A DNA stretch of 64,000 bases, taken from the NCBI RefSeq assembly GCF_044704955.1, contig NW_027252702.1, positions 620,001 through 684,000 on the forward strand. The letters run 5' to 3'. Below the pieces are notes generated by a model that made no database searches, was not told where the DNA came from, and saw only the letters and a list, made by a program, of their open reading frames with translations. Shown piece after piece: positions 28,393-39,369 of the stretch. This stretch comes from Pristiophorus japonicus. Its lineage: Eukaryota. Numbering within the stretch: the first letter of the stretch is position 1; each line of letters begins with the position of its first letter. A program made the translations under genes and the position numbers.

Positions 28393-28705
28393 ATCGCCAC
28401 ACTTCTTAATGCAACGTCAATACAGGTTATTCTCTCGGTAGCTAATTATGTCACGGTTACATACATACTGCCTCTGCCAGGCACTTCATAATGTCTTAAA
28501 GCTTTTTCACAATACATTTACGTGATTTTTGTATCCATGTTAAATTATATTCATTGTGGGATATTATTATTTTTCGAGGTCTTTCTCTGAGTGGCTGAGA
28601 ATTATAATCAACTCCGGGATCCCAACGTAAAGGCCATGATTTCAAGCATATTTACTGCAACTTCCAAACAATACCTTGGAATATTTGTGATGTTTGCAAC
28701 AATGG

Positions 28706-28743
28706 AATTCTTGTGCTTGTATGAAATGATGTGTGTATTAGTG
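28706..28743 (-). other. J RSS: one nonamer with candidate heptamers at both 12- and 22-bp spacing
   Basis: Nonamer aattcttgt at 28706-28714 (6/9 match). Heptamer tgatgtg at 28727-28733 follows a 12-nt spacer. Heptamer attagtg at 28737-28743 follows a 22-nt spacer. Confidence 0.6.
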
Positions 28744-28785
28744 AGTTTGAATACGGAGGTGGCACAACGCTGACTGTGAAACCTG
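28734..28785 (+). CDS. IgNAR: IgNAR J segment ((CISE)FEYGGGTTLTVKP)
   Basis: NAR-type GGGTxLTVKP motif, followed by the phase-1 donor G|GTAAGT. Confidence 0.95.
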
Positions 28786-28929
28786 GTAAGTGCCGTCTCT
28801 TGTTACGCTTATCGCTGTTTTTTCACAGAAAGTATTAAGAATCAGTGTTCTGTTTGACATGATTTGAAGCGCACAGTGCAAACGCTGAAGCTCTTTTTGG
28901 AAAGTCGGTTCGGTTCGCTGACAGTTTAA

Positions 28930-29400
28930 TTGGTTTAAGCTTTAAGGAAAATATGAAAAAAGATTTTCATCATCAATCAAATTAACCTTTATATAAAAAT
29001 ATATTTAAAAAACCCTGTATTTACGATAAAAATTATCTCCAAACAAACCTATATTTACATACATATCTTAAGCACAAAGAAACCTCAATTTAAATATATG
29101 ACATGCTCCCCATGGTTTATTTAAGCTGCTTATTTGCATAGAATGTAATAGTTTAAACATTTAACACAGAGCATGCCTGATAAAGTTACTCAGGTCTCTC
29201 AGAATATCCCTGATAAACTGTATTTCTGATTTGAAGGTTTATTACAATTCCGGGGTGAGGAGTGTTTTCTGAAATCACGGAATAAATACAACGTGTATTT
29301 TTTTTAATTGCTGCCTACGAATTTCTCTCCCCCTTTAAAATCACTTCATATTATATAAAAACAATAACTGTTAACTTAATATTGGCACAGAGGTTTTCAA
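28930..29400. promoter_or_regulatory. AT-rich J-C intron segment with an octamer (candidate intronic enhancer/MAR)
   Basis: ATTTGCAT at 29132-29139 within very AT-rich sequence just 3' of J. Confidence 0.4.
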
Positions 29401-30459
29401 TATATTGTTCCTTCGAATCTATTCATTTGTGATTCTGGACTATCAGCAGGCACGTTACACTGATCTAGACAGTGGCACTGGGATGAAATAGTTCTCGGTT
29501 AGTTATGCAGAACCAGCGATCGTGAATTGACAGCCCATTATTCATTGCAACAGCTTTTCATTTCCATCGATTGGAAAATTGTTGGCAAGATTTTTAATTC
29601 CAAACCAACTAAAAATGACAATGAAACTTTTCCAGTCTTGAAACAGAGCTTGGCCTGTTGTGCTTTACCATAAGTGGAATTATATCGAACGCAGTGAAAA
29701 GCCGTGTGTTGCTTCATTCAAGGCGCAGACCACTTTCACTCCCGAGACTGCAATTCTGTGGAAGCCGGTGTACATGGAAGCTAAACTCGGAGAAAGCGGA
29801 CAGAGTAGAGTGGCTGGCCCTGTAACGCCATAAGACTAAGGTTCCAGTGTTAGAATGTAGCGAGTAGCAGAACATTTGGAATCTACAGTGGGTTTCATGT
29901 AAAAAGTAATTTTGACTGTGCTCGACTGAATATCAGGCGCTGCCTATAACGGGCGTCCGGACCGTTCCCGATCCTTTCGCGCCACCGCTGAAATTTCTAG
30001 GCCTCAGATGTAGAAATAAAAAATAAGCGATCTCTTCGTTATTTAGTGCATCGAGAATCATAGTGAGATTATCAATTCACTCTTAATATTTTTCAATCCC
30101 TTTTATTTAATGTATTTGAACAAGTAATAGTTAATTAGAGCCCGTGTCTTGTTTTGATGGACTGTATATTAAGTCAGCATTTCGAGGAGAGGTGAATCCC
30201 GTAGAGGATGTGCAGAGTAAGAGTTTATTATCAACAACCCATGGTCTTGCTGTCGCTTGATTGGATGTGCTCCATATCCGAGAGAGTTCCACATGATTGG
30301 CTAGAAATCGGACACTGGATCCGATAAGATATGAACCCGACCTACATCATCCCACCAAAATCTTACAGGTCAGGTTCGGTCAGGCTGTTTCAACCTCTCT
30401 TCGTTGGAGAAGGTACACTGTGAATATTACCGGATGACCCATCAGTTCACAGAGTGGCC

Positions 30460-31495
30460 TCTGGCCTGAGAATGTGCCTGGCGTAAAACCCCCAATATGT
30501 GACAGGCAGCACCATAGAACAACACTGACTGTGAAGAGGGTGGTGAGACGTAGATTGGACTGAAAACATTGCTGGGGTTTCGGGTTTCCTCCGAGACACA
30601 GAACACGTCACTGATCGAAAGGAAGCCCTTCCTAACGACGTTAGGATGTGTGCGCCGAGAAACGCCGTTGCTTCTATTAGAGGGCTCCATGTGGATTGTC
30701 CCACAGGGAATTCCCTCCCCAAACAACTGGGACTCCCCAGTTTATACAAAGTGAACACTGGAACCTTAGTCTTATGGCGTTACAGGGCCAGCCATTGTAC
30801 TCTGTCCGCTACATTAGGCTACAGCTTTCCTCATCTATGTAACATGGCTTAGCCCCTCTATTGGAACAGTTAATAAGGAATGTCAGGGTTAAGCTCGGTT
30901 CCCGGAGACTGGCAACAGTGATTATACGGTTAATTTCCTCCTTCTCTCCTCTGACTGAAAACAACGAGTGAAACTATGCCATTAATACCTCTGTCAATGG
31001 TATTCACATCACCACTATCATCGAGAAAACATTTTATATCATCATTTAACTTGGCCAAGGATTGTGAATTCAATGTTTACATTTATGGTCGTTGATGAAC
31101 TAAATGATATGTTTGCTTGTATCTCGATATTTCATTACTTCCTCTTTCGATGTTTCATTTTTTCACTCACTATTTTGTAACACTTCATCAGTGGTAATTT
31201 TAGATTCACCAACTTCTCTGACTGTTCTATTTTATCAGCCAGCTTTATTTTCTCGGCTCCTGCAATGACACAGCTCCAGCCCTGCCTATGCTCATCCCTT
31301 GTGTACTTAAAGTATATATGTTAGGTAGTATATTCACTGTTGCACGTTCAGGATGGGAACCCCCTCTGGCCCACAGCACATTTTGTTAATTTGGGAGAAA
31401 GCTTCGGAATGATTCCCCATCTCTTCATTTCAGTAGTTTGCAGATTGTGAGCAGCACATTTCCAATTTAATTAAACCAGCCGCAGCATTCTGAAC
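30460..31495 (+). repeat. About 1-kb intronic segment duplicated at 35644-36700 (copy 1)
   Basis: Colinear similarity from tctggcctgagaatgtgcctggcg to ttgtgagcagcacatt...attaaac.agcc.cagc. Confidence 0.85.
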
Positions 31496-31899
31496 TCGCA
31501 CCAAAACCACTGTGCTCTGTATCTCGCTGTCTTTCTTTGAAACGGACGGGAAACAGTGCCAACCCACACCCGGTTCTCAGTCCATTGAGAATAGTAGCGC
31601 TGGGATTGTACCATTTCCTGATATGTTTTCCTGATCTATGCTTGAAATGCAGAAAGGTAAATCTTGGTCTATACATAATTTCTTCATCACCTGTAAAAGG
31701 CTTCAACAGAATTCCCTTTGAACTGGCTTTGAGCAAAGTTGCACAATTTATTTTCACCGATCCGCTCGCAAATGTTCCACAATTTGTATAATCTGCAATT
31801 GTTGTAAACCCAATTTGTTTTCTGGTCCGTGCAGTTGAAGTAATTCTCGAATATATCAATAATTATTCAGCAACGCTAAAGTTAAAACACATTCCTCAT

Positions 31900-32560
31900 G
31901 TCAGCCTTAACGACTTGCATTTATATCTCACCTTTAACTTAAATTGGGGTGCGGGGTGACCAAAAGCTTGAAAATAGGTTTGTTTTACGGAGTGTCTTCA
32001 AGGAGAATAGAGAAAAGAGAGGTGTAAATGTTTACTGAGCAAATAACAGAGCTTAGGGCACAGTTAGCCGAATGCACGGCATCCAATGGTGGAACGATGG
32101 AAAGCGGGATTGTACAAGAGGCCAGAATTGGAACAGTGCAACTATCTCAAAGGACCTAAAGGCTATAGGTTCTGATAGAGATACCACAAGGTTGAGAACT
32201 TTAAATTGGAAGTGTTGCTTGGCCTGGAACCATTATAGCTCAGCGAGAACAGTGGCGATGGGTGGAAGGGACTTGGTGTGTGTTAAGATATGGGCACCAT
32301 AGCTTTGGATCAGCTCAAGTATATGGAGTGTGAGTAATGGGAAGCCAGACTGTAGAATGTTGCAATAGACGAGTCTAGAGGTAATAAAGGGAGGTATGAG
32401 GGTTTCAGCAGTAGTTGAGCAGCGGCGGGGCTGAATTGGGCAGTGTAATGGAGGTGGAAGTAGGCGCACTTGGAGATGGCGAGGATATGGGGTCAGAAGT
32501 TCAGCCTAAATTCAAGTAGGAGGTGAAGGTTGTGAACAGTCTGGTTCAGCCTCAGATTTT
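31900..32560 (-). mobile_element. Old L2-like LINE 3' fragment
   Basis: ORF 32233..32469 reads AETLIPPFITSRLVYCNIL...QSYGAHILT, resembling the L2 ORF2 C-terminus. Confidence 0.6.
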
Positions 32561-32689
32561 GGTCACGGAGGATGAAGGTTTCTGTAGTTCGAGAACCAAG
32601 TGAAATACGGGCTCTTTTCATGAGAAACAACTAAGAGGTTGCAAAGTCATGATGTCTTTTGATAAGTTAAATCCAGATAAGCTTTTTGC

Positions 32690-33752
32690 ATTGGAGTTAA
32701 TGTACTAACAAGGATAGCAGATTGGCTAACGGATCAAAAATAGAGAGTAGGGTTAAACGGATTATATTTCAACTTGGCAGACTATAACTATTGGAGTGGC
32801 GCAAGGATCAGTGCTGGGGCCTCAGCTAACTACAATCTATATTAATGACCTAGATGAAGGGACTGAATGTAATGTATCTACGTTTTCTGAGGATACAAAG
32901 CTAGGTCGAACAGTAAGATGTGAGGAGAACACAAATCGTCTGCATAAGGATTCAGACAGAATCAGTGCGTGGGGAAATGTGTGACGTCATTCATATTGGT
33001 AGGAAGAATAAAAAAACAGATTTTTTTTAATGCTGAGTAACCTTTAAAAGTTGGTGTTCAGATTGATTTGTGTGTCTTTGTGCAAGAAACACAGAACGCT
33101 AGCAAGCAGGTACAGCAAGCAATAAGCAAATGCAAATGGCATCTTCTCCTTTATTGCAAGGGTTTATATTATAAAGTGAGGAACTCTTGCTGCAATTGTA
33201 CAATGCCTTATTGAGACCACACCTGGAGTATTGTGCACAGTTTTGTTCTCCTTATCTAAGGAAGGATAACTTGGAGGTGCTGTACGGGAGGTTCACCAGA
33301 TTGATTCCTGAGTTGAGAGTGCTATCATATGATGAGAGATTGTGTCGAATGGGGCTATACTTTCTGATGTTTCGAAGAATGAGAGTTGAGCTTATTAAAA
33401 CGTACAATATTCTGAAGAGGATTGATAAGATAAATGGTGAGAGGTTGATGCCCCGAGCTGGAGTATCTCGAAATAGGGGGCACAGTCTCAGTATAGCGGT
33501 AGGTCATTTAGGCGAGTTACGAGGAGGAATTGCTTCACTCAGAGGGAAGAGAATATTTGGAATTCTCTACACAGAGGGCTGTGAATGCTGAGTCTCTGAA
33601 TATATTCAAGGCTGAGATAGGTAGATTTTTAGAGTCGAGGGGAAATCAGACCAGAAAGTGGAGTTGAGGTCGATGATCAACCAAGATATTGAATGGTGGA
33701 GCGGTCTCGAGGGGGCGTATGCCCTACTCCTGCTCCTATGCCTTACGTTCTA
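32690..33752 (+). mobile_element. CR1 fragment (RT to 3' end)
   Basis: QGSVLGPQL and LRPHLEYCAQF motifs, degenerate. Confidence 0.85.
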
Positions 33753-34316
33753 AGGGACTTCTGTTCTTATAAACCTCAACAAACTGTTACTCATAAATCA
33801 AAATATATTTTTGAATGTGAACGGAGCAGTGACATGTCAGATGCGGTTACTTTTTAATTTCTCTATGATATGTCATCCATATGTGTTAAATTCTTCAGAG
33901 CGCTAGGCTGTGAGACAATCAAATGACTATGGGTCTTTAAAAAAATATATATTTCAGGTGGCATCAAATATCAAAGCAACGTTAATGGAACTAAAATAAA
34001 CGATAATTAACAACAGACACACAATACATAAAATAAGAAAGACGAGCATGTATATAGCGCCTTTTAAGACCCAGGGATACTCCAAAGCGCGTTACAGCCA
34101 ATTAAGTATTTTTGAACTGCAGTCACTATTGTAATGTAGGAAAAGTGGCAACGAATTTGCGCACAGCAAGCTCCCACAAATAACAATGTGATAATTAGCA
34201 GATCATTTGTGTTACATGTTGGTTGAAGTATAAATATTTTCCAGACATGTTAGAAAGTGTCTAATCGTCATTATAGAGAGAGAGAGAGAGTAAGTCGTTC
34301 TTTGTAATTTTAGCAG

Positions 34317-34658
34317 TGCAACATACTCCACCAATCATCAGTCACTTTACTCCACCAATCACCAGTCTCCTCTACTCTGCAACTGACGAACTAAGAGCAG
34401 AGGGTTTTGTGCAACTGGTTTGCCTCATCAGGGAATACCAGCCAGACAGCATTGCAGTGAGCTGGGAGAAGAATGGAAACGCAATACCGTCTGGCTTTAC
34501 CACCTCATCACCAGCTAAGAATTCCAACGGAGTCTTTAGCTCCACGAGCTTCCTTAAGGTACCCCTCCAGGAATGGTCGAGCGGTTCCGTGTACAGCTGT
34601 CATGTCTCCCACCCGCCAACCAAAAGTAACCAGTGGAAAGAAATTCGGTCAGCATCAG
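34317..34658 (+). CDS. IgNAR: IgNAR C1 exon
   Basis: VQHTPPIISHFTPPITSLLYSATDELRAEGFVQLVCLI...SWEKNG...VPLQEWSSGSVYSCHVSH...KEIRSAS. Tandem acceptor tag|cag (exon starts at 34314 or 34317). Donor G|GTGAGC. Confidence 0.95.
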
Positions 34659-35643
34659 GTGAGCAAATGCAACCAATTCACACGGCTGCACAGGTGAAAC
34701 ATTCTCAATTCCTTTATCAGTATTGGATTAGATGTGAAGTTTTGTGATAATTTATCAATGAGAAGTAAACAGCCCTGAACCGGACCATAGTAAAATCGGT
34801 GACAGTTTAAGGTACAGTGTAACATTACGTTAAAGCTAGTTTTAATGTTTTAGCAGAAATGGCCGAGTTAACTGAAGGTGTTCTTTCAAATAGCCAGCAC
34901 AGGCAGGATTGGCCGAATGGCCTCCTTAGGTGCGGTATCATTCTATCATTTTACGTTGCAGCGGTAATGCCTGAGGTACCTGAAGGTGCTCGTAGTGCAG
35001 CGGACGATGCAAAGGGTAATTTGAGATGTGTTGACACGTACATGAATATTGTGCTATGGTCAACAGACACATCGATCATAAACTTTTCTGAAATTATAAA
35101 CAATTTATAAAGTATTATGAAACAGTCTATATAATTAAGTCACCAAATCAAATCCAGGCAAAACAAACAGCATCGCCTATCTGAGCCGAAGAGGAACAAA
35201 TTTTACCATTTTGTTTCTGTTACTCGGTAAATGTGGGAGGATGGATTCGATGTGATACAGGGTATCCGCACAGAAATGAAATGGATGAGAGAGGGACGGA
35301 GACATAACTAACAGAAAGAAAAAGAGATAGACAGTGAGAGAAATCTGACAGTAACGATCACAAAACCATTCAACAATGTGCTGCCCTTTTGTTTTAAAAA
35401 GGCATTGGTAAGTGCCAGGAAAAAAAAACGAGTGGAGAGCCTCATGTTTGGACCGAATGACCATCTACATTGTAGAATTCATTCAATTTCTCTTACTTGT
35501 TATTTCACCCTCTCTCTCTCTAGCTCTCTCCGTATATATGTCTATAAGGATGGACATGTTAGGGGCACCCAAAATGGCTTCATAAAAATAAGGTCACGTG
35601 TCTCAAATGTATTTAAATCTTTTGACAAAATTACGAAGAAAGT

Positions 35644-36700
35644 TCTGACCTGAGAATGTGCCTGGCGCAAAACACACAAAATATGACAGGCAGCAACATA
35701 GCACAACGCTGACTTTGAAGGGGCGGTGAGAAGTCGATTGGACTGGAAACATTGCTGGGTTTAGGGTTTACTCGGGGAAACAGAACACGTCACTGATCGA
35801 AAGGACCCCTGTTCTGAGAAAGCCAGGAATTGCGCGCCGAGAAACGCCAATTGGTTCTATTACAGGGCTCCATGTGGATTGTTCTACGAGGGAATTCCCT
35901 CCTCAAACAACAGGGACTCCCCCGTTTAAACATCGCTAAAGCTGCCAACTTTCTCTTGTGATAATACAGGGCCAGCTGTAATATCACAAGATTGTCCGCT
36001 ATATTAGACCAGAAATTAATTTCTCCTTTTAAGATGGCTTAGCTCCTCTAGTAGAAGGGTGAATGCGGAATGTCAAGCGTTAAGGCTGGTTCCCTGAGAT
36101 GGGCAACGGTGATTTTAGAGTTACCTTCCTTCTTTGCTGCTTCTGACTGAAAACAACGAGTGAAGCAATGCGATTAATATCTCCACATTACCTCCACTAT
36201 TCATATCACCGCTATCATAGTGAAAGCATTATAGTTCATCTTTCAACTAGGCCAAGAATTGTGGCTTCAATATCGTTTACAGTCGTTGTCGAGCTAAATG
36301 ACTTGTTTGTGTCTAGCTCACTTCCTTTTTCATTATTTTAAACAGTTGTATCGTTTTCTGCTCTCCACCTTTTATAAAACGTCATCAGTGCCAATTTGAG
36401 ATGTACCTCTTTTTTCTAACTGTTCCATTTTTTTCAGCCAGCATTATTTTTTCGGCTCTTGTACGGACACATCTCCAGCCCTGCCTATGTCCGTTGTATA
36501 TTTAAATATATCTGGTAGTTATGATATTCTCTGTCACATGTTCATGATGCGAACCTTCTCTATCCCACAGTACATATTGCGAGTTTGGGTGGACGCTTTG
36601 GAATGATTCCCCATCTCTTCAGTTTTGTGGTTTGCAAATTGTGAGCAGCACATTCCCAAATGTTGCAGCGTGATTTTATTAAACTAGCCCCAGCTTCCTG
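35644..36700 (+). repeat. About 1-kb intronic segment duplicated at 30460-31495 (copy 2)
   Basis: Same colinear sequence as copy 1, moderately diverged. Confidence 0.85.
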
Positions 36701-36749
36701 ACCATAACAATAAGGTTATGTCTCTCGAATCTATTTGTATTTGTGAAAA

Positions 36750-38080
36750 AATTACAAAGTTCGTGAATGAGCAAACCAGTAGACATTGTACACATAGATT
36801 TCTAAAATTCTTTGAATAAGCTACCGAATAAGAGGCTTCTCTATAATGTTGCGGCCTCTGGTATAAGTGGAAATCAAATGAGTATGATTCAGAACTGTCT
36901 GGCAGGACGCAGTGTAAAAGCAGTGAGAGATGGACTCGGATCTGTTTGTCAAGTGGTGATGAGTGGAGTCCTGCAGGGATCAGTGCTAGAAACGTCGCGT
37001 TTTACTATTTTTATTACGGATCTGAATTTTGGGGTTTGGACATAATTTGCACAATGACAGATGGTACCACGATCTATGCGCGTGTTAGAAGATGTTCATC
37101 TGCTTCAGGCTGATCTTAATGTGTTGCGAAATTGGTCTGAAGACTGGAAAATTAAAATAACTGAGATAAGTGAAATATCATGCATGTGGGCAGCTCAAAT
37201 GCTCGGCACTTATAAACTCTTCATTGAAAGATGTTAAAGCTGGTGGAGTTAAAAAGACATTTGGATATTCTAGTGCCTAAATCACTAAAAGTACATGAGT
37301 AATGCCATGCAGTGATAATTAGAGCAAATAATGTGTTGTAGTGTATCCATAGGGCAATTGAGTATAAGACGAGACTGTTTTGTCCTTGTGCAAAACCTTA
37401 GTCAGGCCGTACTTGGAATATGTATCCACTTTTGGTCTTTTCACATGGTGGTGATTTTGAAACTCTGGACAAAATGCAGAAGTCAAAAACATCTTATTTA
37501 TCAAGATGGGCTAAAATATTTGCGAAACTTTACCTTAGAGCTGCATATACTTAGGGGGTGGGGAGCTCTGATTTTGGTTTAAAAGATAATGAAGGGTACA
37601 GACGGTGTTAGAGTTGACAGTTTATTTAATTTAAACAGGATAGTCAGGAACACGGGTCACAAATTTAAGTTGTATATGGCTAGATATAGGTTAGACGTCA
37701 GGAGGTGGTTCTCTTCCCAGAGAATGATAACCCACTGGAACTAGCTGCCGTTTCATGTGGTAGATGCAGACTTGCTGAATTCCATCAAGCGAATGCTGCA
37801 TTTGTTACTGGATGCTGCGGGGATCACCTCTTACAGAAGGCAGGGAAGGTAATGCCACAGTGATGTCCTGGACTGGAATAAAGTGCCGAGATGGGTCGGA
37901 GAGGAATTTTCCATAATGCTTTTCATCTGTTGGCTTGAAATGTTTAGCTGTATTTCTGCCTCACCCAGAAGATCACGTGGTTCCGGGTGGGGTGGAGCGA
38001 AAAAGTTGTGATACAGAAGGAACCGCAATTGTTTGGGACAGGCTCGATGAACCAGAAGGTCTTTACCAATACATCATTGT
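36750..38080 (+). mobile_element. Old CR1 fragment
   Basis: SGVLQGSVL motif in ORF 36812..37045 and degenerate C-terminal motifs. Confidence 0.7.
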
Positions 38081-38175
38081 TCGTATATACATATATATAT
38101 GTATATATATATCTATACACACACATATATATACTTACATTTAAGTGCAAATGCGCACATATATACCTATACACA

Positions 38176-38303
38176 NNNNNNNNNNNNNNNNNNNNNNNNN
38201 NNNNNNNNNNNNNNNNNNNNNNNNNNNNNNNNNNNNNNNNNNNNNNNNNNNNNNNNNNNNNNNNNNNNNNNNNNNNNNNNNNNNNNNNNNNNNNNNNNNN
38301 NNN
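38176..38303. other. Assembly gap (N run) between (TA)/(CA)- and (CT)-rich microsatellites
   Basis: Run of n bases. Confidence 1.
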
Positions 38304-38673
38304 NCTTCCTCCCTCTCTACCAATGGCCAATGCCTCTCAGTCTCTGCTTCTCTCTCTTTGTGTCTGTATCACTTTCTCTCTATCTATCTATCTTTATGCT
38401 TTTTCCTATCTCTCTGTCTCACTATATCTCTGTATCCCCATGTCTTTCTCAATCTCTCTCTCAGTTTAGATAAGTTTTACAAAGTTATGATGTGACTCAA
38501 CATACATAGAAATACAAAAATGATATTTCAAGTTCAATAATAATCAGTGAGAGACAAGATCACATCTTGCCATGCAATCAATTATCAATGAAATTAAAAA
38601 TATTGTTGAACTACCGAAATTGACAACACTAAAACATTTTCCCGATCCTAAACTCCTGGTTTCTCACTGACAG

Positions 38674-38976
38674 AGCTCGCAGTATTTCTCAGAGACCCAA
38701 CCGTTCAACAAATTTGGATCAATAGAACTGCCACCTTGGTGTGTGAAGTGGTCTCGACAGTTCTCACTGAGGTTTCGATCTCTTGGACAGTGGGTGGAAA
38801 GTTGAGGACTGAAGGAGTTCTGACCGAACCAGCTACTAAGTATGGAGATCAGTACCTGACCATTGGCCGTTTGACATGCAGCGTGGAAGAGTGGGAGAGC
38901 GGGGTAGAGTTCGCGTGTTCGGCACAGGAGGGTCATTCATCGACGACGATATCAAAACGAACTGGAAAGGCAAAAG
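38674..38976 (+). CDS. IgNAR: IgNAR C2 exon
   Basis: ELAVFLRDPTVQQIWINRTATLVCEVVST...SWTVGG...EEWESGVEFACSA...KRTGKAK. Acceptor ctgacag, donor G|GTGGGT. Confidence 0.95.
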
Positions 38977-39051
38977 GTGGGTAACAATATATAGCCTTGT
39001 TTTCGAATGGCAGTGGATGAGACACTAACACTGGATGAACTTTTGTTACAG

Positions 39052-39369
39052 TGGAGCCAGTGAGACCAAAGCTCCATCTCCTGCCTCCATCGCCAGCGGA
39101 GATTCAAACTACGAGCACCGCCACTCTCACATGTTTGATCAGAGGATTCTACCCTGACATCATCACCGTGTCCTGGGAGAAAGACGGAGCTGCTCTGAGC
39201 GTGAATGTCACCCGCTCCCCCACTGCTCTTGAACAGGACCTGACCTTCAGCACAAGGAGCCTGCTTGTTTTACCATCAGCGGAATGGAAAAAAGAATCAA
39301 CGTATACCTGTGCCGCCTCACATCCACCTTCACAATCCTCTGTGAGGGGGACCATCAGCAGCCAGAAAG
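39052..39369 (+). CDS. IgNAR: IgNAR C3 exon
   Basis: VEPVRPKLHLLPPSPAEIQTTSTATLTCLIRGFYPD...YTCAASHPPSQSSVRGTISSQK. Acceptor gttacag, donor G|GTAAGG. Confidence 0.95.

Noticed and set aside
28075-28785. Interpretation as NAR-TCR or a light-chain V-J
   Set aside because: J is followed by five IgNAR-type C exons, a secretory tail and an Ig-type TM exon. No supporting TCR-delta V or single CL exon is present.
33130-33137. Additional ATGCAAAT octamer
   Set aside because: Lies inside a degenerate CR1 coding remnant and is probably incidental.
37935-38495. ORFs spanning the N run
   Set aside because: Artefacts of the assembly gap and flanking microsatellites.
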